A program made the translations under genes and the position numbers. The notes beneath the pieces were generated by a model. That model saw only the letters and a program-made list of their open reading frames with translations, searched no databases and had not been told where the DNA came from. From Eledone cirrhosa (taxonomy: Eukaryota): a stretch of 64,000 nt of DNA. Location: assembly GCA_964016885.1 (NCBI GenBank), contig OZ024748.1, forward strand, positions 14,880,001-14,944,000, in the 5' to 3' direction. How positions within the stretch are numbered: the first letter of the stretch is position 1; each line of letters begins with the position of its first letter. Positions 51,326-63,069 of the stretch are shown piece by piece.

Positions 51326-54272
51326 TTAATATGTTTATATTTATCTAAAAACATTCAATCATAGTTTTATGTAAGCACTTTTGTTAAATTATTTTCCATA
51401 TACCAACTTATTATTAAATCAATCTAAATTCTTGATTATTTTGAAAATCATTTCAAAGCCTTAGATATTATCTTTCATTAGAAATATAGTAAAAATAGTG
51501 TTCACATTTTTTAATTTTTAAAAGCATTCCTGCATTAAAAATAGAATGCTGAATGGTTTAAAATGTCCTTTTCTATGCATAAACTACAAAAACCGCCCGA
51601 AAGAACAGAATGAACTTCTAAAGACAGACCAGATCAACATGTGGGAGATATCAAAGAATATAAGGGGGTGAAGAGGTGCGAAATGATTGATCCAGCTTAC
51701 TCATACTAAGAAAATCAGCAAGACAAAACATAATGAGGATAGGGGTGGAGGCACTGGTTACAAATCTATAGTTTGTTGAATGTACTTTTGATAGTCTTAA
51801 ACCAATGATGAATTTCAGCAAAAATATTTAAAGTTTTAAGCTAGTGCATGACGATATTTTAAAGCTACTGATTGGCAATACTTTAATGTGCATGGCACCA
51901 ATACAGTAACTGCACCTGCAAAGCTTAGAAGGAATATTGATCTTAACACTTTGATTACCATATTTATTAGAAAAGGCTCAGCCATCTTTAGACCTCAAGC
52001 AAGATGTTTGGATAACATCCATGAGCTTGGCTGATCTTGCTTGGGGACCCAGCCAGATCAGTTATAAATGGTTGCTTCTGACAGGAGTGTTTCAGGTCTC
52101 TGCCCCCCAAACCCTTACAGGAATAAGTGGGCAAAAAAGGAGGAGGGGGAGGCAGCCTAGCCTCTAATTTTTCAAATAATTTTGAGGTTAATCAAGAATT
52201 TTGACTGATTTAGTAATATAACAAACTGTGGAGCATAACCTAAATGTTATTATATTATGACAGAATATTTCTAGATACATATAAGCATTTCAAAACAGCC
52301 AGCTTTGTATCATAGAAACAGGATTGGTTCCAGACTGTTTGGTGGCCTAAAAGGGTTAATACTGAACACAAAATATTTTGAGATAATTGATCTATTGGGT
52401 TGTCATCTAAAGACATCAACTAATCATTTCCAGAGGTGACCTTGATGGGAACAAAACAGACTTTTTAGTTGTATCCCGAGACAGAGGGGGTGGGAAAAGA
52501 GGAAAAAAGAACATTGTTTTCTTTCAATTTCTAAGTTGGCAACTTAATAAAGTTTTGAGGAAAAGAAGCTTAGAACCAGGAAATGGAAATTATTATCTTA
52601 ATCGCGAAAAGAAAATTGCACCATATGTGGTTATATTGATTCTCAATGTGAAAATTAAAACTGTTTTAAAAATAGTTTTTCTTGCATGAGACTAAAAGAA
52701 GATTACAATATATTTCTCTGCAGAGATTTCACAATATGAGCTGACTGTCTCTTGTGTCTGCTTCCATGGCTAAATTAGAAGTTTATTTTAACTCCCTCCC
52801 TCACCATGTAGCAAGATTATAGAATGGCACTATGAGCCTAGAAGTGACATAGACACACATTTTTAACTCTTTCGATAACAAACTGCTTGAAATTGTCTTT
52901 GTTTCTACACTAGAAAAATGTTTGTTTTAACCCTTTTGTGATGGTATGTCTAATGAAATACATTCTAATTCATTTAATTGATGAAGAATTTTGATGGAAA
53001 TTCTAAACATGTTAAAATGGATAGTTTTGTTTCATAAAATCCAGGAAAATTTGTAAAATGGTTGTTGTTAAGAATGATATCCAGCCATAGAGATCGGGCC
53101 AAAATTGAAACATCTGAGTGAGCAACAGTTCTTCAACCAATCTAGAAAGACAGTAATTTCAAATAAGAACTTACCTATGTTGTAAAAACCACCCAACCCA
53201 TCTAGAAGGGCAGTCATTTCAGATAAGACTTATTGACATTGTAAAGACCAACCACCCAATCCATGCCAGCAAGAAAAGTAAAAGTATGAAAACCATGATT
53301 ATCGTTATAGTTTGACACAGGATTGATTTTAACTACATTTTGTTATACATGATAATAAAGCAAAATAATCTCTTTTAATCCTTCTGATAACACCAATTAA
53401 AACCAACTCTGGTTCTATGAATCAAAACCACCCATTTTATAGAGTTCCTATGTAAATTAAATCTTCCAACATAATTTTATATAAGAACCATATATTAAGT
53501 TCCTATCTTAGTAATGAAATAATAATTTTAGTAAATCCCTCAAAATTCTCCATTAAGTTTTTTGATACCAGCTCAGCCATAACTAGCTAACTCATGCTCT
53601 ATAAAATAAGACCACCCCTTTTAAAGTGTTAAAAATTAATTTAAAATCTTCCATTTTATATAAAAAGCATGTTTTAAATTACTATCTTAGTAATGAAATA
53701 ATTAATAATTTTAATAAATCCCTCAAAATTCTTCATCAATTAATTGAAATGGAATGTATTTCATTAGAAATATGGTCATGAAAGAGATAAACGAATATTT
53801 TCATTGAATTGTGTTCCATGTTTATATGGAAAAAAACTAATCAGCAACAGTATAAAAACTGAAACATAGCAACAATGTCTTCATATATTTGTACATTGTT
53901 ACATAACATGATCACATATACATACATTGTTACATAACAAAATTTCTGTTGTGAATTGTTACACAAGAGAATTTCTGTTGTTGTGTAACATGTACATACA
54001 TACACATTGTTACATAACAATAGGAATTTCTATTAGATATTGTGTTCAGAGAACATTTACTTTCGTTTTTTTTTTTTCTTCTGTTAACTTGTTACTTCAT
54101 ATTTGGATAATACTGAGGCTTGTTTCTCTCCCTTCAGATTCATCACGTTTGTCACCTGCCAAGAATCTCCTCTCACCAGAGAGAGAGATAGGCACACACA
54201 CAGATATACAGGCACAAACATACATGCATTCACCACATTTGTCAACTACCCAGATACTCCTCTCCACACACA

Positions 54273-54622
54273 ATCATCATCATTTTCATCATCATCATTT
54301 TACGTCCACTTTTCCCTGCTTGCAAGGGTGGGACGGGAACTGATTCTGGCTTGATTTCTACAGCTGGATGCCCTTCCTAACACCAACCTCATTTACAGTG
54401 AGTGCTGGGTGCTTTTTTGCCGTGGCACCTCCACGACCACTTTTGTAGTGGAATGATAGGGACCCCAGTCCCTATCATCTCATTTCTACAGCTGAGTAAA
54501 CTGGAGCAATGTGAAATAAAGTGTCTTACTCAAGGAAACAACACATCACCCGGTCTGAGAATTGAACTCACAACCTTTCGATTGCAAGGCCAATGCTCTA
54601 ACCACTAAGCCATGTGCCTTCA
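54273..54622 (-). mobile_element. SINE family A, full length, tail type 2
   Basis: Reverse complement near-identical to 58653-58991. Confidence 0.93.
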
Positions 54623-54964
54623 CAATATATATATAAATAAATAAATAAATATATATAAACACACACTCTCCACTTTTACCCCTACCACAAAGTGAGGTTA
54701 ATTCTACTTCGTGATGAAGGTTGCCATAAAAAATCCTTAAAAAGGGATGAAAGGAAACCAAATTAGAGATTTCATTACATAGCAAGTGTCCATTAACTTA
54801 AGAGAAATGCGATCTGTGGTCAATAAAACGCAGTCCAACAGAATAAAAGTCTCCCGTGTTAAGGATAAAAGTCTCCTGTGTGAAGGGTTAAGAGAAGATT
54901 AATAAAACTAACCCCTAATGAGAGGAAACCAGCCATTAATTCCTTATTGAAGTTCATTGTACAT

Positions 54965-55420
54965 CCACAGATGCAAAACCTTGGACATATAAGTATTATA
55001 TCCTGGAGTCATTAATGCTTTATAACTCTCACACCATCTTCCAGCTAACTTAAAAATTAGATGCACACCCTTAGGCACCTAATTAGAGTTGTATACTGGA
55101 GTCACTAGGTGGGTCTTACAATACACACCCTCATCAAGGTAACTTAACCCTTTGACACATAATCTGTGTTGTGTCCTGGAGTCACTTACAGCTTACACCC
55201 TCATCCAGATGACTTTACAGAGCATCCTCAATATTGTAACTTGGGAGCCACAGGATGTTTCACATCTTAAAATATACAGCTTCATGCAGGCAACCTAACT
55301 ACAAATGCAAAATCTTGAACAAATCATCAGTTTTGTATACTGGAGTCACTGGATGTTTCTTCCCTTGCAATGTAACACCCTCATCCAGATCCTTACAAAT
55401 GCTTGGAGCAATACATCCCC
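54965..55420. repeat. Old degenerate tandem repeat (~65-100-bp units)
   Basis: TGGAGTCA at 55004, 55097, 55177 and 55341 (GGGAGCCA at 55243), mostly followed by ACACCCTCATCCAG-like sequence. Confidence 0.75.
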
Positions 55421-55691
55421 AGACACAGCATTAGAAGGACTATGGGGGACAATCCATAATTTGTAGTAGGGTTTGTACTGCAAGAGCCCTTGGTATTGTA
55501 ACTCTTTTCACTCCCAAAAGAAAACAAAAAGAGGTGTTAGCTGACAAGAATTGTGCAATCGACACTCCAATCAGCCAATGCTAATGCCAATGGATTAAAG
55601 CGTTTGATGAGATGTACCAATCCAAGTTCGTTTTAGTAGTCAAATCGTTAATATTTACTGTGTGTGTATATATATATAAGGAAAAAATATT

Positions 55692-55980
55692 AAATCGAAA
55701 ATGCAACTGGAGTCTTTTTAAGAATATTTATTTGGTTCCTTTACTGGTTTCGTATTTCTTATGCTTTTCAAAAGTAGAATTGAGATGGAGGGTTTGTGGT
55801 TACCCCCCACCCCCCATCTCAATTCTACTTTTGAAAAGCATAAGAACTGCAAAACTGGTAAAGGAACCAAATAAATATTCTTAAAAAGACTCCAGTTGCA
55901 TTTTCGATTTCATCTTTTTTCCTTATACTTTCACTCGTGTAGGAGATCTCGTTTTTTTTTCATTTTGGGAAAAAAAACTC

Positions 55981-55990
<10 letters not shown>
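55692..55990 (+). mobile_element. PLE pLTR fold-back (~100-bp arms) with U3-A8 hammerhead motifs in both arms
   Basis: 55692-55792 inverted at 55810-55910; TTGAAAA core at 55831-55837 (+) and 55765-55771 (-); same family as 28566-28927. Confidence 0.82.
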
Positions 55991-56011
<21 letters not shown>

Positions 56012-56576
56012 CATACACAAACATCATATATATGTACAAACATATACACTATGCATGCATGTGTGCATATATATATGTGTGTGTGTGTGTGCAGATATAT
56101 GAATACCCTGAGATATCTAGAATCAAACAGCAAATAGAGAAAGGGGTGAGGAGAGAAAACAGTGAAGTAAATCAGAATATTTCAAAAGAAAGCATCTATG
56201 ACCTCACTGTCTAAATCTATGACATTACCATAAATATTTCAACATAGCCTACATCAATATCATTGGCACAGATTTGTATGGCAACCTATTTTAGTCATTC
56301 TATACAATATATCTTTGACTTTAGTTAACAGTTTAGTCTCTAGATTGAATAAATGAAATGAAAAGGAAATAGAATAAAATTTACAGTTCACACCTATGTA
56401 GGTTTATCTGGTCTCTTATGAGGTTGATTCTCAGTCACAGGTGGTTCCTTAAATATTTTAGTGATCGAGGCTCTTCAATCCTATCATTCACCTACCTACC
56501 TACACACACGCACACAGACATATATATACATACATACATATATATATATTTTACAGAAATATATGCATACACACAG

Positions 56577-56828
56577 TACACACTGTAAAGAATATCCAGC
56601 CCACACTGTAAAGTGATTGTGTAAGTATCATGACAAAAAGCACCCAGCACACACTGTAACTATGGTTGGCCTTAGGAAGGGCATCCAGCCGTAGAAAAGC
56701 AGCCAGAAACTAATATGAGCAAGACAGAGTCAGCCGTCCTAACTTGCCTTTAAATGGGACATACCCATCTAACCCATGCTAGCGTGGAAGGTAGACGTTA
56801 ATCGATGATGATGACGATGATGATGATG
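56577..56828 (+). mobile_element. Older RTE-tailed SINE 3' part (tail type 1-like)
   Basis: AGGAAGGGCATCCAGCCGTAGAAA and AACCCATGCTAGCGTGGAAG followed by (GAT)n. Confidence 0.85.
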
Positions 56829-57155
56829 ACACACACATTTTTGTTTCAGCACACACCTATGCTGGTTTAACTGGCCTCCTATGAAGTTGCATCTTAAAGA
56901 AGATTCTTTGATATTTTAATGATAAGGGCTCCTCGTTTTATCCTAACAAACAGCATTAAATGATGTGATTTGTTCAAGAACACAGCATGGTGCTTGGTCC
57001 GGGAATTGAGCAACAACCTTACGATAAACACCTTTAAAACTATGTCATGTGGCTTCAATATAATATAGCTCAGCCTAATAGAAGTTCATGGAAATACACC
57101 CTCAATTCATAAACTTCTGTCTTAAAAAATATTAAATAATTCAATCATAGATATG

Positions 57156-57270
57156 TACGAAGGTGAGCTGAAATATTTATAGGCTCACTATGGAAGATTG
57201 ATGCTAGTGTTGTGAAATCTTGCATCAAGATTTATTTCAGCTCTTCTAATTAATAACTGCATTGTTGAAA
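57156..57270 (+). mobile_element. Possible Tc1/mariner terminal remnant
   Basis: TACGAAGGTGAGCTGAAA resembles mariner TIR starts (TA-CGAGGG...); no second TIR found. Confidence 0.3.
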
Positions 57271-57490
57271 AATAAATCTCATTTGATCATTTCACGAGAA
57301 TATCTTGGTCAGTCAAATGTTGTACTATGTTTCAGTCAAATGTTGTACTACGGACATATGGTCAGAATCATGAAACCATATATACATAGTACAAGAAAGA
57401 ATTGCTGTATGTGTACATGTGTGTGTATATATATATATATATATGCATACATATATATACGCACACACATATATATATATACATATATAC

Positions 57491-57887
57491 GGTGTTAGGA
57501 AGGGCATCCAACTGTAGAAAACCTGCCAGACAGTCCTATGCGAGCAAGACAATCACTCTTGCCTCAAGTGGGACTACCCCCGTCCAAACCCATGCAAGCG
57601 TGGAACACGGACGTTAAACGTTGATGATGATGATGATGATGACAGCTGTAGAAAACGCGCCAGACAGTACACGCTGTAATGTGGCTATGTAGGCAACACG
57701 GTAAAAACCTCCCAGCCCCACACTGTAAATGTGGTTGGTGTTAGGAAGGGCATCCAGCTGTAGAAAACCCGCCAGACAGTCCTATGCGAGCAAGACAATC
57801 ACTCTTGCCTCAAGTGGGAAAACCCCCGTCCAAACCCATGCAAGTGTGGAACACGGACGTTAAACGTTGATGATGATGATGATGATG
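57491..57887 (+). mobile_element. Two tandem tail-type-3 RTE-dependent elements
   Basis: Both near-identical to 13752-13970. Confidence 0.9.
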
Positions 57888-57953
57888 ATATATGAATACA
57901 TATATATATATATACATACACATATATATATACATACAATTACACACACAAAC

Positions 57954-57988
<35 letters not shown>

Positions 57989-58652
57989 CATATATAATTA
58001 TACATACATAACATACATACATACATAACACACATATTATACATACAATTACACACACATAAAATGATGATGATGTATATATATACATATATGATTATAC
58101 ATACATAACATACACACACACATATATATAAATACATATATATACACACACACCAATATATTTATATTTATACCTTAGCATTTTTCTGTTGGTAGAATCC
58201 AGAAGAAAAGAAAAATGAAGTAGTGAAGTGGAACAAAGAATGATCCGAATATTTCCTCTTTCATTGATTTCTGTCCCAAAATAGGGTTGGATTTTCTATA
58301 ACAGTAATCTTCAATGTATTATCCTAGATATACACTCATTAATAGAGTCTAATGAACTACTAAAGCCACCTTCACATGATTCAAGGTTGACATTATCGTC
58401 TCTCATATTTTACTATTAACTCATTCATTCTTTCAAGAAAGAGACAAAAAAATGAATCTAATACCAGCCATATCAGTTTTAGAGTAATAGATATATCCTG
58501 ATAGTCTTTTGGCAATAAAGCTAGATATATTAGTAAACCCTCCAAATTCTTGATTATTTTTTAAATCATATGGAAATCATATGCAATGTCTTTCATTAAA
58601 AATATGATAGTGAAAGGTGTGTGCATATGTATATATATATGGATATATATAT

Positions 58653-58991
58653 GGAGGCATATGGCTTAGTGGTTAGAGCATTGGCCTTGCAATCGAAAGG
58701 TTGTGAGTTCAATTCTCAGACCGGGTGATGTGTTGTTTCCTTGAGCAAGACACTTTATTTCACATTGCTCCAATTTACTCAGCTGTAGAAATGAGATGAT
58801 AGGGACTTGGGTCCCTATCATTCCACTACAAAGTGGTCGTGGAGTTGCCACGGCAAAAAAGCACCCAGCACTCACTGTAAATGAGGTTGGTGTTAGGAAG
58901 GGCATCCAGCTGTAAAAATCAAGCCAGAATCAGTTCCCGTCTCACCCTTGCAAGCAGGGAAAAGTGGACGTAAAATGAAATGATGATGATG
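58653..58991 (+). mobile_element. SINE family A, full length, tail type 2
   Basis: As 5061-5398. Confidence 0.93.
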
Positions 58992-59009
58992 AAAATGATA
59001 TATATATAT

Positions 59010-59372
59010 ATCTTCCCTAAGGGCGAGATAAAATGTTGGTCGTTTTTACTGCTGCTATTTCTAGTGGCAGGACATTGACCTTTCCGCCCTTGCCTTCTAT
59101 CTTTACACACGTCACTAGACAAGATTGTTTCCTTATCATCCACTCTCATCCGGGAACAGTTCTGTATGGCGCCAGTTCGTGATTTGAACTCAGGAATTTT
59201 ATATTCTCCGAGTGAGAAGAACCCTCTGACGAAATTCTCCTTCTCAATGAAGTTCCGCATGGATTATCCATTTCTTTGAGAATTGAAACCGCGCGGTAAG
59301 GGTAAATATAGTAAGTACAGTAAACTTTTTAAAATTTATTTTTAAACTTTTTCTCTATTTGCTAAACCTTGA
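59010..59372 (+). mobile_element. Probable PLE pLTR or retrozyme-like unit inserted in (TA)n
   Basis: CpG-retaining ~360-bp island bounded by (TA)n on both sides, containing an intact hammerhead. Confidence 0.65.
59221..59303 (+). ncRNA. Intact type I hammerhead ribozyme motif
   Basis: ACCCT-CTGACGA(59226-59232)-AATTCTC...GAGAATT-GAAA(59285-59288)-CCGCGCGG-TA-AGGGT; predicted cleavage after GUA at 59298. Confidence 0.9.
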
Positions 59373-59410
<38 letters not shown>

Positions 59411-59413
<3 letters not shown>

Positions 59414-59693
59414 GGCACATATCCTAGTGGTAAAGGTGTTGGACTTACAATCATAATGTTGTGGGCTCGATTCCTGGGTTGTGTGCTGTGTTCTTGAGCA
59501 AAACACTTCATTTCACGTTGCTCCAGTATACTCAGCTGAAAATGAGTACCAGCAATAGCTGGAGGTTTAACCCTGTGATGGACTGGCGTCCTGTTCAGGA
59601 GGGAGTCTTGTACTCTCAGCCACTTCACGCCATGAAACCGGGATAAGCACCGACCAAATGAGCCTTCTGGCTTAAGACAGATTTTAGACTTTT
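59411..59693 (+). mobile_element. SINE family C, full length
   Basis: tRNA-like head, TTCTTGAGCAAAACACTT, AACCCTGTGATGGACTGGCGTCCTGTTCAGG segment, ACTTTT-type end. Confidence 0.88.
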
Positions 59694-60547
59694 TAGATAT
59701 ATATACACACACACATGCACACCCCTTTATTATCATATTTTTAATGAAAGACATTGCATATGATTTCGATAATATATACATATGTATATGAAGAAGTGCA
59801 ATGAAGTTTTTTACTGTATATTGCCCAGTTACATGTCTTTCGCAGATGATTGAATTGCCAATGGGTGACACTGAACCAATCCTCTGCAAACGCACATAAC
59901 AAGTTGATACACAATAAAAAACTTAATACATGTAAATGAAACTTCATCGTTCTTCCTAATATATACCCTCTGCCTGTGCATCAAGTTCTAGTGCACATTT
60001 CGGTACCATCACCAGTAATTCTCTGAATTCCATACATTATTTTATATCAAAGGACCAGTAATGCACTGAGTTATTGCTGGCCTTGTGCCAAAAAGTAAAA
60101 ACAATTATTTTATATCAAAGCTTTTAAGTATGATCCAAACATCAACTTAATAATGAGCAAGTCAGTTATATTTCTAAATCCTGTTTCTGATGATATCTTG
60201 TTTTCTTGAGCTTACAAATATAAACATTGAAATGAAAACAAATGATAAAGCATGTTAACTGATGAGCTTTAAACATAAACTATATATTATTGTAAAGATG
60301 TCTCCTAGATTATCATCTATTTCTCTGACAAATATTAGCACAGTTTTGTTTCAGCGCTTATAACAAGATATATGAAATAGAATGAACCTCCGTTGGTTTC
60401 CAAAATGAGTGATCCAGTTGTTTAATCAATGGAACAGTCTTATTGATATGTGTGTCTTGAACATAACTACATATTAATGTAAAGATCATTCATAGATCAT
60501 GAATTATCTCACTAACAAATATTGGCATAATATATATATATATATAT

Positions 60548-60614
60548 ATAGTTATGTAATAAACAACATAAGGCAATTATTCCATTTGCCTTATGTTGTT
60601 TATTACATAACTAT
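60548..60614. repeat. Perfect 29-bp inverted repeat with 9-nt loop
   Basis: ATAGTTATGTAATAAACAACATAAGGCAA / TTGCCTTATGTTGTTTATTACATAACTAT. Confidence 0.92.
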
Positions 60615-60686
60615 TACATAACTATTAAGCTCTGTTACCTACATAGAGCACTCTTTTTTCCTGGACTTTTCCGACGGAATTACTTC

Positions 60687-60717
<31 letters not shown>

Positions 60718-60834
60718 TATACACACACATATATATATACACACACATATATATATACACATATACATATATATATATACATATACACACACACACACAC
60801 ATATATATACATATACACACATATATATATACAC

Positions 60835-60884
<50 letters not shown>

Positions 60885-60903
60885 GTTTTCATACCATTTT
60901 ATA

Positions 60904-61150
60904 TGAAGGCATGTAGTTTAGTTGTTAGGGTGTTCAACTCATGCTCAGAAGGTTGTGAGCTCAATTCTTGGCAACATGTTGTGTCCTTTGACACAATACT
61001 ATATTTCCCATTGTTCTGGTCCACTCAGATAGCAAAGTTATTATAAAGAGCATAGCCTGTCTAGTCCCACAGTTTCACTCTTAAGCTCCCTGATAGATAT
61101 GTTTATGATACATGTATCTGTGGAATACTCAACCAAGCCTGTTTGCGAAA
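60904..61150 (+). mobile_element. Diverged SINE (shared head, body F)
   Basis: tRNA-like head; TACATGTATCTGTGGAATACTCA motif, similar to a segment near 25168. Confidence 0.6.
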
Positions 61151-61429
61151 TTAATAATGTAAGTGGTTGAGCATTCCACAAACACGTGTACCTTTAAATG
61201 AATTCTCAAACTCTCTCCAGGTTTAACCACAGTTGATTTTTTCCCAAAAAGAGTGAGAAAAGAAGACGAATCAATGCCAGAACTTAACTATTTTATTTCC
61301 CAACAAAAGGATGAAATTCAATTTTGACTTGGGCAGGATTTGAACTCAGAGTGCAGAGAGCCAGAATAAATATTGCAAAGCATTCTATCCAGTCCTCTAC
61401 TAAATATGCTAAACTACTATCTACATTTT

Positions 61430-61705
61430 ATCTAGGATTCTTCTTCTTTGTCCACTTATTCCTGGGAGGGTTGTTGGGGCAGATCTTACTGAAGCACATC
61501 TTCCATTGGGTCCTGTCAGAATCAACCATCTCTAATTGATCCGACTGAATCTCCAAGCGAGACCAGCTGAGTTCATGTATGTTATCCAATTGTATTGCTT
61601 GGGGTCTACTCTTGGGTCTACTACCAGTTGGGTTTTGCCTGCATAATCTGTTCAGTGATCCTTTCCTGAGACATTCCAATCACATGTCCATAAACACAGC
61701 TTATG
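61430..61705 (-). pseudogene. Old RTE (Expander-like) LINE C-terminal fragment
   Basis: YGHVIGM (frameshifted) followed by PTGSRPKSRPQ...IHELSWSRLEI...DRTQWK. Confidence 0.75.
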
Positions 61706-62007
61706 AAAATCACTGGTATATCCACAGTGGCAATCCACAGAAAACCTAAGTGAAAGGAAGCCACACTTAAGTTGTATATAAGTTTTTTGATTCTGTCAAG
61801 ATATCTTCATGTTGAATCCATAGAACTTATGTAGAGAAATATATTGAAATGATGCTTAATTAATGCTCTTTTATTTCCAGTGTCATACTACTACTAACTA
61901 CTAATCCTAATCCTGCAGCTGCTCATGATGCTTCCAATACATTCACTGCCACCACCAGATGGGTTAGTATGGGTTAGTATTTAAAACATTCTAAAACTAT
62001 CTTTTAA

Positions 62008-62291
62008 CTTTTTCCCTACCATATTTTGTCAATGATTTTGTCAATGATTTTGTCAATGATTTTGAAATAATATTGAAAATAACCAAGAATTTAGAGGGAT
62101 TTAGTAATATAACTAACTTTCTCATTATTAGGCTGGTGTTTGAAGCATAATTTAACAATGGTTCTTACATAAAATTATGATGGGAAAGTGTTTAGATAAA
62201 TATAAACACTTTAAAATAAAATAAACAGTTTTGTATCGTAAAATGGGAGGGGAGGGGGGGGGGGATTTCATGAGGTATTGTATCAGAAGGG
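62008..62291 (-). mobile_element. piggyBac-like MITE
   Basis: TTAA|CTTTT...AAGGG|TTAA; internal motifs match 50595-50831 in reverse. Confidence 0.7.
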
Positions 62292-63069
62292 TTAAAGTGC
62301 TAGTCTAATAAAAACATTCTAGAATCATCCTTTAAATGATGTTGACAAATGATAGCAATCTTGGAGAGGACTGCCATCATGACCTCCAATATTATCTTTA
62401 AAAATATCAACTATAAATAGCAGCCATTTTCTCAACACTGCTGTTATCTTTGTAAAGATTCTTCCAGCTCATCAAACTCCCTCTCTCTTCTCACTTTCTA
62501 CCTGTTATCAGATATGAATTATCCTATAAACTGATTGAAAGGTCAGCTAAAGTCCAACATTAATAGGAATTTATTTTAATTGCTTTTATATATGAGTGTA
62601 TATATATATATATATATACTCACAGATGTATATATATATATATATATATATATACTCACAGATGTATATATATATATATATATATGTGTGTATTTGTGTT
62701 CTATGTATAAATATATAACTGACGTGCATACATACATTCACAGATACACACACATTTGTATATAGATAGATAGATACATACATACATAACCAATAGCTGA
62801 CACTTTAATGTCTAAACCATATAGTCTACACATTTATAACCCAAAGCCACACCCCACACAACAAATTAACATAATCCACCACCTCATAATTGCGAATCTA
62901 ACTCTCTAACCACTAAGCTTTGCACCATCAAACTAACACAACTTACATTACCCTTACTCTACCCAAACACAGCCCAACATTAAACCCCCTAAAATTAGTC
63001 ACACATTTCATATAACACATAGTCACCAACACAACAAATTAACACATCTTAGATTACACAACTAAAGTC

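Noticed and set aside
60183-60275. Two CTGATGA words
   Set aside because: No valid GAAA-stem III-UH arrangement follows either.
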